Below the pieces are notes generated by a model that was given only the letters and a program-made list of their open reading frames with translations, did no database searches and had not been told where the DNA came from. Shown piece by piece: positions 9,518 through 18,329 of a DNA stretch of 61,157 nt; positions within the stretch are counted from its first letter, which is position 1, and every line of letters starts with the position of its first letter. A program made the position numbers and the translations under genes. This DNA comes from a virus (lineage: Duplodnaviria > Caudoviricetes), in IMG/VR virus record IMGVR_UViG_3300037467_000294, positions 1 to 61,157 of that record, one strand, 5' to 3'.

Positions 9518-9732
9518 TGGTCCTCCGTCCAAAATTTATCGCACACTGGACACTTGCACTCGTACCAATAGCAATCTTCACTCGGGTCATAATTCCCGGT
9601 GTTTGCTTTCGGTATTTTCGCAACGCCTGTGTGAGCGCATTCTTCCTGTAATGCCCGGATTGTCTCTAGACACTTTGCCGACAGCGCTTTTGCGGACGCA
9701 ATTCCTGATCTGATTTCATCATTTGTTCGCAT
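9514..9732 (-). CDS. Hypothetical zinc-finger-like protein
   Basis: CAH...CPVC; AGGAGG RBS. Confidence 0.65.
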   Translation of the reverse strand: MRTNDEIRSGIASAKALSAKCLETIRALQEECAHTGVAKIPKANTGNYDPSEDCYWYECKCPVCDKFWTEDQ

Positions 9733-9746
9733 TATTCCTCCTAATG

Positions 9747-9776
9747 AAAAAGCCCGCACCCTTGCGGATGCGGGCT
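9747..9776 (-). terminator. Rho-independent terminator after the SSB-like gene
   Basis: AGCCCGCATCC-GCAA-GGGTGCGGGCT followed by TTTT. Confidence 0.8.
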
Positions 9777-9800
9777 GGTAGTGTTACCTACTTGATATTA

Positions 9801-10781
9801 TCAAAAAGGAATGTCGTCGTCCATGTCTTGATCGACAGGAGCAACCGGCTTCTTCGGCTTGGCCGGAGCAGCTTTCGGTTTCGCTGCTGGCTTCTCAGCC
9901 GGAGCGTCGTCGGCATCATCGTTGGATGCAGTACCAGTCTCGGCCTCGTAGGCTTCGATAGCTTTCTGCATGTTCGAACCAGCGTAGTTGTTCGCCAGTT
10001 TGATTTTCTTGATGAGGTCACGACGAATCCACTTGATGACTTCCTTCGTGGCGTTGTCGAACGTGATGCACAGTGCCGGATTCTTCAGCGGACGAACCGT
10101 AGGCAGTGCTTCAATCGGATTGCCGTCATCATCCACTTCGCCCGTATCGACCGGGGCCAGCGGAGACAGACCCTTGGTGTTCACGTTCTTGTAGACGATA
10201 TCGTTGCCGTCCTTGTCCTTCTTGCCGCTGTTCGTTTCCTTCACTTCCAGCGTGATGTTCAGGGCTTGATCCAGCAGTTGTTCGATGTCAGTGTTGTCAC
10301 CAACGCCCAGCTCGTTCAGGCCGGTAGCTTTCGCCAGCTTCGTGAGCATGTTTTGCGGATGGAACGTCCACGGCTTGCCTTCCAGCAGTTTGCCGTTTGC
10401 GTCCTTCGGAGGAACTTGACCGAAGTTGATACCTTCGATTTCACCCTTGAAGCCCTTGTTCAGCATATGGCGGTAGGGTTGCTTACCAATTTCGCCACCG
10501 TAGTCCACGATGTTCGACACGAGGTCAACGAAGACAGCCACTTGGTCAGCGGGTTTCTGCGTCTTGGTTTCTGCACCTTCCGTACCTTCCGGAACCAGCT
10601 TACCGTTCAGTTCGTAGATGTCTTTGCGATTTTGCTCGCCCAGATCAACGATCAGCGACACACGGGCCGGACGAACTTGCGTTACGCCTTTCTCGCTACC
10701 GTTGAACGGAGTCGGGAAGTTACGCGGAGTGAAGTCGCCACCGTTGCCGCTGCCACCGCTTTTCTTTGGTTTGAATGCCAT
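9801..10781 (-). CDS. Putative single-stranded DNA-binding protein
   Basis: Acidic C-terminal tail DMDDDIPF after a Pro/Ala/Lys linker; replication context. Confidence 0.7.
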   Translation of the reverse strand: MAFKPKKSGGSGNGGDFTPRNFPTPFNGSEKGVTQVRPARVSLIVDLGEQNRKDIYELNGKLVPEGTEGAETKTQKPADQVAVFVDLVSNIVDYGGEIGKQPYRHMLNKGFKGEIEGINFGQVPPKDANGKLLEGKPWTFHPQNMLTKLAKATGLNELGVGDNTDIEQLLDQALNITLEVKETNSGKKDKDGNDIVYKNVNTKGLSPLAPVDTGEVDDDGNPIEALPTVRPLKNPALCITFDNATKEVIKWIRRDLIKKIKLANNYAGSNMQKAIEAYEAETGTASNDDADDAPAEKPAAKPKAAPAKPKKPVAPVDQDMDDDIPF

Positions 10782-10872
10782 GCTATGTTTCCTTTATGTA
10801 AGTTCGTAGCCTTTCGGTCATACGCAATCGCCGTTTTGTTTATAGACACTGACGGCATTTCGTCTCTCGAAA

Positions 10873-11073
10873 CTATAATGTTGCCACGTAGGCGTCGAGC
10901 GCGGACTTGCACTCTGCTTGCGTCTTGTAGCCGTAGATGTCGATCTGACTTGCCTCGTCACTGTAGTGGTACAAACCAGTTTCGCAGCACTCCCACACGT
11001 GGTTGTCGCTCGTGCATCCCCAGCTATATTTATCGACCCAAGCGGGATTGTTCCAGTCCCCGATCTTCGTCAT
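10873..11073 (-). CDS. Hypothetical protein
   Basis: 66-aa ORF in the operon. Confidence 0.6.
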   Translation of the reverse strand: MTKIGDWNNPAWVDKYSWGCTSDNHVWECCETGLYHYSDEASQIDIYGYKTQAECKSALDAYVATL

Positions 11074-11074
11074 G

Positions 11075-11233
11075 TTAGCGTGCCTTACGAGCCGCGTCCT
11101 TCGCCGTCTTGCCCGGACGAGCCACCGGATGCAGGCCAGCAGCTTTCAGCAGGCGGATGCAGTTCTCGTGGGTACGCGGGGCGTTGCCGATGGCACGGGA
11201 TTGGGCAGCGGTCATGAACTCTTTTCGTTGCAT
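11075..11233 (-). CDS. Small basic hypothetical protein (52 aa)
   Basis: MQRKEFMTAAQSRAIG...KAR with AAGGAG RBS; absent from the ORF track. Confidence 0.65.
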   Translation of the reverse strand: MQRKEFMTAAQSRAIGNAPRTHENCIRLLKAAGLHPVARPGKTAKDAARKAR

Positions 11234-11258
11234 ATTTTCTCTCCTTTACATGGTTGGT

Positions 11259-11334
11259 TGGTAGGTCGTGTAGGATTTGAACCTACAACCAATGGCCTAG
11301 AACACCACTGCTCTATCCGTTGAGCTAACGACCC
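11259..11334 (-). tRNA. tRNA-Arg(TCT)
   Basis: GGGTCGT acceptor, D-loop with A20, anticodon loop GT-TCT-AG, TTCAAAT T-loop and encoded CCA. Confidence 0.88.
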
Positions 11335-11352
11335 GAAGTAATGACGTTATCG

Positions 11353-11720
11353 CCATTTAGTAGCAGACGCTACGTAGCACCTTCCTATCAAACATAAAGC
11401 TCCATCCTTGGCTATCAAAACTTTTTGTGGAAGATTGAAGAAGCGTTTAACTCCAAGGCCACACCGGGCCTCAATCTTTTACGTCTTGAACTTTGATGCT
11501 GTCCGTTTTCCGCGTTTCCGCCACTGTCAACAGCATAACCTTTCAGCTTTCAGATACAAGCGTTAAGCTCCAACTATAGTCGGGCAGGGAACTACCCCTG
11601 TCCAGAGTTAAGAAGTCTCTTAAAGCTATCCATTAGCGATTGGTTGGCCCATAGTTTCCGTCCTTGGGCCACATGACGGGATAGATTCTTGTTTTACTAC
11701 GCACATCTGCTACTAAATGG
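11353..11720 (-). ncRNA. Candidate ~370-nt structured ncRNA
   Basis: No credible ORF; perfect 15-bp terminal stem (11353-11367 with 11706-11720), several internal hairpins and heptamer repeats. Confidence 0.65.
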
Positions 11721-11737
11721 GGACAAGCCCCATACTG

Positions 11738-12349
11738 TTACGAAAGGTTCACTTCCACCTTCGTTACAGCGTTTGCTTCCGACAGGACGTAATCCACTTC
11801 GGTAGCGAACTGTTCCAGCTCTTTTGCGATTGCATCGATCTGGTCCTTCAGGCCGTCGAACGTGACGACAGCGATCTTGGTGTTGCGCTCGGCCAGCGTA
11901 CGGAAGACTTGGATTTCGTCTTCGTTCGCTTTCTTCGTACCGGACGATGCACCAGCGACTTGCTGTGCGATCTTCGCTTCGATCTGCGCTTGGACCTGAT
12001 CGACGCGGGCCTTGCCGTTGTTCATCTGAGCACGCAGGGTGTTCAGGAAGGTCAGGCGGTAGACGTTAGCAGCCTTACGTGCCAGCGCTTCGTCGATGGT
12101 CATCTCGATACCAGCGATCTTCACTTTCGTGGTAGCGTTCGCTTTGTTGCGTTCCGCCTTCAGAACCGCCAGCTTCTTCAGCAGCGCTTGGATGTTATCG
12201 AAGTTCGATTGTGACAGGCGTTTTGCTTCGTCGGTATCTGCCGTCGAATCCACCGGGACGGTGAAGACGAAAGCGCCGGAAGCGATCTGGCTCAGTTTTT
12301 GTTCGGTTGCCTTGATTTCAGCGATGACACGGTGCAGGGACATTTCCAT
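11738..12349 (-). CDS. Coiled-coil protein, DIP1984/DUF6847-like (tentative family)
   Basis: All-helical; internal repeat SLHRVIAEIK / TIDEALARK, with KANATTKV and LSEANAVTKVEV. Confidence 0.7.
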   Translation of the reverse strand: MEMSLHRVIAEIKATEQKLSQIASGAFVFTVPVDSTADTDEAKRLSQSNFDNIQALLKKLAVLKAERNKANATTKVKIAGIEMTIDEALARKAANVYRLTFLNTLRAQMNNGKARVDQVQAQIEAKIAQQVAGASSGTKKANEDEIQVFRTLAERNTKIAVVTFDGLKDQIDAIAKELEQFATEVDYVLSEANAVTKVEVNLS

Positions 12350-12412
12350 AATTTTCTCTCCTAAGATTTAGTTGGTTGGTTGCGGTCCGGAGTGGTTTGC
12401 TCCAGAACCGCT

Positions 12413-12441
12413 ATCTTACACTACGTAGCGTTACTTGTCAA
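12413..12441 (-). promoter_or_regulatory. Sigma70 promoter driving the coiled-coil gene, ncRNA and tRNA
   Basis: TTGACA-17 bp-TAAGAT; spacer contains GTAACGCTAC. Confidence 0.8.
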
Positions 12442-12457
12442 GAGTTACGCTTCGCTG

Positions 12458-12805
12458 TCAGTTGGTTGTGAACATTCGTTCGATGGATGCTTCCAGTCGT
12501 TCGAAGTCTTCGGTTTGTTGCACTAGCTGTCTAGCACTGTAAGCACTGTACCCGTTTCCGTACAGCCAGTCAAGCAGTTTTACAGCATTTATTTTGTGGA
12601 CGTTGGTAGTGCTACCACGCTCCACTACGTACCCTTTCGGGAAGCCACGAGTGAACGTGGCCGTGTTGGAGAATTCTACCAGAACATATTCCGCCTGTCT
12701 TCTGTTCGAATAGGACGAATTCCGGGTACGTAGCACTACCTCACTTGCCGCCCTCACAAGGGCTTGGTAGTCCTTGGACGACGCTTTCTTCCTTCTCAGT
12801 CCCAC
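12458..12805 (-). CDS. Hypothetical protein
   Basis: 115-aa ORF overlapping the upstream stop codon. Confidence 0.65.
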   Translation of the reverse strand: MGLRRKKASSKDYQALVRAASEVVLRTRNSSYSNRRQAEYVLVEFSNTATFTRGFPKGYVVERGSTTNVHKINAVKLLDWLYGNGYSAYSARQLVQQTEDFERLEASIERMFTTN

Positions 12806-13827
12806 GATCCGCCGCTACTGTCCGACGAGCTGGACGAACCCCAGTCACTCGAAGACGACGAGGACGAAGAAGACGATCCCCAGTCGTTATCGCTGCTGGA
12901 CGATTTGGACGACGAGCTGAACCAGCTATCGTCACTGCCCGACTTGTACGAGGAACGTGTCGTCTCGTAGTCGGTCGTATCGCTTGGATACGAAGGCTGG
13001 TAGGCCGGAGCTGCTACCACATCACGTTCGACGTACGTTTCCCGCTCGATGACTCGATCATGGCCGTACGAATCGTGGTGATGATGGTGATGCATCGCTT
13101 CGTTCAGCATCATGCCGGTCATCAGGTTGTTCATGCCGTTATCGTGCACTACCACCGTACTCGGCTGGATCACTGCTGGAGCCGAAGGGTAGACCGGATG
13201 CGGCGGAGCATCATAAGTACGGCCTTGGTTGCGATACACCGGCTGCAAGCTGCCACCAGCAGGAAGCGGCTCACTAGCAGCGTACCACGACGGATGGTAC
13301 GAATCCGCGTTGTGTACCACTACCTGCCGACTGTTGCGAACGATGCAGTAGATGAAGTAGACGATCAGGCCGATGATGGTTGCCCAGAACATGAACTTCA
13401 GCACAGCCATGATACCACTACCACCTGCCGGTTTCACTTCGGTGTACATCGCCGTAGCGGGCTCGTATCGCCGTTGGGACGGAGCGTACCGTTGTACCGG
13501 ACTTGCCGGGGCTCGTTCCAGCTCTGCCGCGATGCGGCCGAAGAGCGAAGAATTCGACACGTTTCGTGGCTCCTTGTCCAGCAGGCGAGCCGTCTTCAGT
13601 TCAGCAGCAGCGCCTTCCCGGTTATGGTCGCCTTCCAGCAGGACAGCAGCGTTCAGCAAGTGTGCACGGGCACTGTCCGGACGCTCACGCAGCACTTCCT
13701 GCGTCATCGACTTGGCCGATTGGTAGTCGTGTGCGGCGAGGGCGTTCTCGATGTCCGAGGGACGGGGCATTGCCAGTGCTGCGACGGTTGCCAGCGACAG
13801 AATGATACCAGCGAAAAATTTCTTCAT
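12796..13827 (-). CDS. Secreted TPR-like membrane protein with His/Ser-rich tail
   Basis: Signal peptide, TPR-like helices (PDSARAHLL), one TM helix, HHHHHH and poly-Ser/Asp tail. Confidence 0.8.
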   Translation of the reverse strand: MKKFFAGIILSLATVAALAMPRPSDIENALAAHDYQSAKSMTQEVLRERPDSARAHLLNAAVLLEGDHNREGAAAELKTARLLDKEPRNVSNSSLFGRIAAELERAPASPVQRYAPSQRRYEPATAMYTEVKPAGGSGIMAVLKFMFWATIIGLIVYFIYCIVRNSRQVVVHNADSYHPSWYAASEPLPAGGSLQPVYRNQGRTYDAPPHPVYPSAPAVIQPSTVVVHDNGMNNLMTGMMLNEAMHHHHHHDSYGHDRVIERETYVERDVVAAPAYQPSYPSDTTDYETTRSSYKSGSDDSWFSSSSKSSSSDNDWGSSSSSSSSSSDWGSSSSSDSSGGSWD

Positions 13828-13853
13828 GTTCTCTCCTTAGTTGGTTGGGTTGA

Positions 13854-14645
13854 TTACTTAGCGACGCTGACCATACCCTTGAAATCGTAGGGGACGATGA
13901 TCGTGTTCACCTTGCCAGCGGCGATACCTTCAGCGATCTTCATTTGGGCTTGCGCTTGCATATAGCTCACTGCACCGGCATTCGCGTTCAGCGCTGCGAT
14001 ACGCTTCGATTCCTGTTCGGCCTTCTGCACTTCGATTGCCGACTGCTTCAGTTCATTCTGTGCACGGACGAGGTTGTTGGCCGATTGCGTGATTGCAGCA
14101 GGCGGAACCGCGTTACGTACCAATACCTTCGACACGAGGATGTCGTTGCCCAGCTTCTCGCTGTCCAGCTCCGACTTCATCACTTCGAGAATTTCCTTCT
14201 CGACCGATTCCCGTTGGATGTTGATCTTCAGGGCTTCGTACTTCGGGACCACCTTCATCACGGCGTTCTTCGCCACGGTTTGCAGGTAGGACTGCATCAG
14301 CAGCGTTTCACCGTGCTCGTTCGTACCGTGGAAGGAACGGCTCTTGTTGATGTAGAGGTCGCTCACAGCGGTCGGGTTCACGTTGTACACGACGGTAAGG
14401 TCGAAGTCGGCCATCGTGACGTTTTCAAGGGTCTGCGGCTGGAGGTCTTTCACTTCAGCGTTGATTTCGCGGATCGGGAACGTCAGAACATCGTGCGTCA
14501 GGGTTTGGTTGACCGAACCGGCTACCACTTCCTTCGTGTCGATGGTCTTGTCCCAGTTGACCACCAGACCGACTTCGCCCGTGGTGACGCGGGTGCAACC
14601 CGTGAATGCCATTGCCATTGCGATCATTGCCAAAATCTTTTTCAT
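13854..14645 (-). CDS. SPFH/band-7 (prohibitin-like) lipoprotein
   Basis: Lipobox FTGC, GEVGLVV and a C-terminal coiled coil. Confidence 0.85.
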   Translation of the reverse strand: MKKILAMIAMAMAFTGCTRVTTGEVGLVVNWDKTIDTKEVVAGSVNQTLTHDVLTFPIREINAEVKDLQPQTLENVTMADFDLTVVYNVNPTAVSDLYINKSRSFHGTNEHGETLLMQSYLQTVAKNAVMKVVPKYEALKINIQRESVEKEILEVMKSELDSEKLGNDILVSKVLVRNAVPPAAITQSANNLVRAQNELKQSAIEVQKAEQESKRIAALNANAGAVSYMQAQAQMKIAEGIAAGKVNTIIVPYDFKGMVSVAK

Positions 14646-14667
14646 TGTGTTTCTCCTTTGTGGTTGG

Positions 14668-14817
14668 TTAAACAAGAGCTGAAATCATGCTGAGGAAAAA
14701 TCCGAGCACAAACAATCCGAGGCCGACATTCCCGAGGTCTGGGCAGTCCAGTAGCATCGCGAGAAAGAAGCAAACGGCGGGAAGAGTTGCACAGAGTACG
14801 ATGATGATTCCCAACAT
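14668..14817 (-). CDS. Small two-TM membrane protein (49 aa)
   Basis: MLGIIIVLCATLPAVCFFLAMLL...; AGGAG RBS; absent from the ORF track. Confidence 0.6.
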   Translation of the reverse strand: MLGIIIVLCATLPAVCFFLAMLLDCPDLGNVGLGLFVLGFFLSMISALV

Positions 14818-14880
14818 GATTAAACTCCTGAGTGGTTAAGTACTGCTATCTTACTGCTTACTTGCTTACGCCGTCAAGCG

Positions 14881-15171
14881 TTATTTTGCTGATTTTTCCA
14901 GAGCTTTCGTGAACTCGTCGGCACGTGCCTTCGCTGCAATCGGCATGTCGATCAGCGAGAAATCCGCACGCATCAGCGCTCCGTACTGGCGTTCCATTTG
15001 CGGAATCACTTGCGTGTTGACGAAACGGCCGAGCGCTTCGAGTTGACGCTGTTCCAGAGCGTCCAGCTCTTCCATTTCCTTCTTCTGCACTTCGATGTCA
15101 CCGTTCCACTTCGAACGAGCTGCTTCGACACGTTGTTCCAGCGTGCCACGGTTCTTTGCTTGACCCATCAT
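14881..15171 (-). CDS. Hypothetical protein
   Basis: MMGQAKNRGTLEQRV start with AAGGAG RBS. Confidence 0.7.
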   Translation of the reverse strand: MMGQAKNRGTLEQRVEAARSKWNGDIEVQKKEMEELDALEQRQLEALGRFVNTQVIPQMERQYGALMRADFSLIDMPIAAKARADEFTKALEKSAK

Positions 15172-15178
15172 TTTCTCC

Positions 15179-15493
15179 TTAATTAATAGCTTCCGCCAGT
15201 TTAATCGCTTTGTCGAACGCTGACAGCACTTCCTCGTGGGTATGGTTGTCATTGTAGTTCGCAACACTCCCGCCCATTACTTCATCGATAGTCATGTACG
15301 CCTTCTCGGCGTCGAAGAAATCGGTTCCGATAACGGCTTCGATAGCACCGAGGGAACAGAAGCAAACTGCCCCTTCGCTATAACCGCTCATCAATTTGTT
15401 GCCATTCTCGTCCCGTGCGAATTCGCCTTGGGTCCAGTTGGCGGGGTTCTCGATTTTGGCTTTAGCAGCCTTCAAAATTTCAACAGCATCCAT
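15179..15493 (-). CDS. Hypothetical protein (WxQG...CxxGAI...ND phage family)
   Basis: Start MDAVEIL with CCAACCAAGGAG leader. Confidence 0.75.
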   Translation of the reverse strand: MDAVEILKAAKAKIENPANWTQGEFARDENGNKLMSGYSEGAVCFCSLGAIEAVIGTDFFDAEKAYMTIDEVMGGSVANYNDNHTHEEVLSAFDKAIKLAEAIN

Positions 15494-15561
15494 TTCATCT
15501 CCTTGGTTGGTTGCGACAGGTAAGATAGTAACGCTACCTACCCTACCTGTCAACAACTATT

Positions 15562-15708
15562 TTACAGCGTTGTTTCGCCTTCAGCGTCATCGAAACCATT
15601 CATCCATTCTTCGTGCTCGTTACTGCCATACGGGTACGGGCACTCGTCAATGGTCCAGCCTTCCCGGAAAGCCTGCTTTCCTTGGTAATACTCTTCTGCG
15701 TTAAACAT
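15562..15708 (-). CDS. Rmf/CrpP-fold small protein (48 aa)
   Basis: MFNAEEYYQGKQAFREGWTIDECPYPYGSNEHEEWMNGF matches Y..G..A...G.....CPY...W..G; AAGGAGG RBS; absent from the ORF track. Confidence 0.65.
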   Translation of the reverse strand: MFNAEEYYQGKQAFREGWTIDECPYPYGSNEHEEWMNGFDDAEGETTL

Positions 15709-15732
15709 TCTACCTCCTTTATTGCAAATATG

Positions 15733-18234
15733 TCAATGACATGTGGCCCAATTTGTTCCGATCATGTAGCCAGCCGTCAGCTCCACTTTCAGTTTGTAGT
15801 ACTTACCAGCGTCAGTGACAGCCTTCGTAGCAAGCTCTCCGGCTCGATTATAGGCCACGTAGAAGCATTTATCGGTGTGGCCGATATCAGACCATACCTT
15901 GTCCTCCTGCGCGTCTTTAAACGCCTTACAAGCCTTCTTAGCGTCTGCTGCGGATTCGGTCAGCTCTCCGTCAACTTCCATCGGACCGTCGAACTTGAAC
16001 AGCTTGAACGTCACACTGGACTTCGTGACCTCACACTGCGCCTCGTCGTGGTAAGCGATGAGCTGCTGTGCGAACTGATCCTTCTCTTCCAGTTTGGCCT
16101 TCCAGTCATCCACGAAGAAATCGACGGACAGACCTTCTTCCTTCAGGTAACGGTCATGCAGCACCATTGCCCGTTTTGCGCAGATAACGCCGCAAGACTG
16201 GAAGGCAGTGTTAATCACGTTACCCTTTGCACGGATCGGAAGCTTACGACCATCGATACCCAGCAGGAACTTCTTCCCGCCTGTGGATTCCCAGTATGCT
16301 TGCATCGCCTCTTTCAACTGCTTCAGCGGGAACGCTTGCTCCCAGAACGTGTTGAAGATGATGGTCGCCTCTTCGATGCTACAGCCCACGGTCTTAGCGA
16401 TACGTGGAATCTGTGCATTGTACGAACAACCGTACTTCACGTTCTTTGCAGTCGAACGAGGGAACTTACGTCCCAGAATGTCCGTGATCTTCGCCGCGAG
16501 GACGGAGTGACAGTCGTTCGGCTTTTCGGCCGTCAGCGACACACCATACTCCGGCCCGCCCGGATAACGATAAGTATAGTGCGCTTCCACCTTTGCTTCA
16601 AGCGAATCGAAGTCGTAGCCCATCTGGTAGAAGAATTCGTCCGTACCGAACAACTCCCGCATCTCGTACCCGTACATCGAAGACACACGCGGCACGTTAC
16701 ACACGAGCCTGTGTTTGAAACGGCTCGTAGCAGCGCCACACGTATCAGCAGGCGTCGGGATGCGTCCGTCGATGTCTAGTCGATCAACCGACATCCAACC
16801 CTTCTGCATGTCCTCGTCGTCGTCCGGGTCGATACCACCACCCAAGATACTGTTACGACGGTGCTTATACGTCAGGTAGTGCGAAATCTCCTTGGCATAC
16901 GCAAACTTCTCCGACAGCTTCAACAGCTCCGGGTCAATCTCCTTCTCCATACCGATTGTCAGCGTCGGGTTCGTATAAACCTTCAGCGGACGTTTCATGT
17001 GGTCGTGCGACAACAGCTTCTTCAGCACGAAGTCTTTGCTGACACGAGGCGAGTATTCCAGCTCTTCCAGCCTGTCCGCTTTGAACGGGCTATCAAAGGT
17101 CTGGTCCACCCACTTCGTTACCGCTTCCACGAATTTTTCCTTCGTGATCTTCTTCTTCTTGCTGTCAACCGTCAGGTCGCGTTCCTTGTACTGCGTAGGG
17201 TTCCAGCCCAGCTCGACCAGCCATTGCTTGATGTGCAACGTATCGTCCAGCCTTGCAGGTTCCGTCGTGAACAGCGGTTCAGACGGGATCGGAAGTTTAT
17301 GCGTTTTACCGAACACTTCCAACCACCAGTCGCCCGATTCCTCGTACAACGTGCCGCCGTGCTTCTTGGCGAAGTTGAACATATGGCTGACGGGTTCTCC
17401 GTTGTTTTTGAACTGCTTCTTCGTCGGTGTAACATCTGCCAGCTTACCCTTCGTCAACGGCTTCGGAGGGATGAGCGGTTCAACGGTTGCCCGTAGCTCT
17501 TCCATCTTCGCATCGAGGAAGCGAACGTTTTCAATCGCTTTGTTGCGATTGAATTTGAACCCTCGATGCTCCTGTCGCGTGATGATTTCAGCGACGGATT
17601 TCTCCAGTTCGTACGCATCGTTCCAGTCCCAGTCGCCCCACTCCTTCATCAGCCAGCGGTACACCCGCTTGTTGACGTGGCAGTCTCGCATCATGTAGAC
17701 GCCCATCTCCGGGTGCCACTGACGGAACTCCGCTCCTTTCGGTGCATCAGCGGGAATCAGGCCCAGCTCTACAGCCTTCGCCCGCCAGTTGATCTTCTCC
17801 AGCCCCAGCACGCTACCGAAATACTCGATACTGTGTTGGGGACGATCAGGGTTGAGCGTCTTCGACATGACGAGCGTGTCGGTAATGATGATGTCTTTCG
17901 TCTTCCCTTTGTACGAGATACGGTCTGGAATGTCCAGTGCTCGGCAACCGATGGAGTAGTTCATTCCATCGTGCAGCTTCATCAGCAAATGGTCGTAGCT
18001 GATCGTATTGTGACCGATCATCTCGTCAACCTCTTCCATGATGAATTCAGCATGTTCGCCCCGCCTCACTTGCTCAGGGCCGAACAGCCATTCGTCTTCG
18101 GTATCGCGTGCTACGAACCCGGCACAGTGCATGAACTCCGGGTCGCGTAGTCGGTAAGGGGAAGCCGTGTAATCGATGGACTCGGAATTGAGCAGGTTCT
18201 TCGCTTCCGTATCCCAGATTGCGGCAATGCCCAT
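15733..18234 (-). CDS. polA: DNA polymerase, family A (T7-like), with 3'-5' exonuclease
   Basis: ExoI WDTE, GHNTISYD, motif A DFDSLE, motif B RSTAKNVKYG and motif C YHDE. Confidence 0.96.
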   Translation of the reverse strand: MGIAAIWDTEAKNLLNSESIDYTASPYRLRDPEFMHCAGFVARDTEDEWLFGPEQVRRGEHAEFIMEEVDEMIGHNTISYDHLLMKLHDGMNYSIGCRALDIPDRISYKGKTKDIIITDTLVMSKTLNPDRPQHSIEYFGSVLGLEKINWRAKAVELGLIPADAPKGAEFRQWHPEMGVYMMRDCHVNKRVYRWLMKEWGDWDWNDAYELEKSVAEIITRQEHRGFKFNRNKAIENVRFLDAKMEELRATVEPLIPPKPLTKGKLADVTPTKKQFKNNGEPVSHMFNFAKKHGGTLYEESGDWWLEVFGKTHKLPIPSEPLFTTEPARLDDTLHIKQWLVELGWNPTQYKERDLTVDSKKKKITKEKFVEAVTKWVDQTFDSPFKADRLEELEYSPRVSKDFVLKKLLSHDHMKRPLKVYTNPTLTIGMEKEIDPELLKLSEKFAYAKEISHYLTYKHRRNSILGGGIDPDDDEDMQKGWMSVDRLDIDGRIPTPADTCGAATSRFKHRLVCNVPRVSSMYGYEMRELFGTDEFFYQMGYDFDSLEAKVEAHYTYRYPGGPEYGVSLTAEKPNDCHSVLAAKITDILGRKFPRSTAKNVKYGCSYNAQIPRIAKTVGCSIEEATIIFNTFWEQAFPLKQLKEAMQAYWESTGGKKFLLGIDGRKLPIRAKGNVINTAFQSCGVICAKRAMVLHDRYLKEEGLSVDFFVDDWKAKLEEKDQFAQQLIAYHDEAQCEVTKSSVTFKLFKFDGPMEVDGELTESAADAKKACKAFKDAQEDKVWSDIGHTDKCFYVAYNRAGELATKAVTDAGKYYKLKVELTAGYMIGTNWATCH

Positions 18235-18329
18235 CTAGTTCTCCTTTCTAAAATGGTAGTGTTTCTATCTCCGCTTCGGTGTAACCGTCAGCACGTCGAG
18301 CAGAAACCCACTCTTCATGGGTCTGCACG

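Noticed and set aside
11259-11334. Reading the lone tRNA as an amber (CTA) suppressor
   Set aside because: The anticodon stem pairs only with TCT centred in the loop, and A20 supports Arg; there is no sign of TAG recoding in the ORFs.
15733-18234. Intron or intein in polA, nrdA or the helicases
   Set aside because: The ORFs are continuous, of normal length and lack intein motifs; the HNH genes are free-standing.
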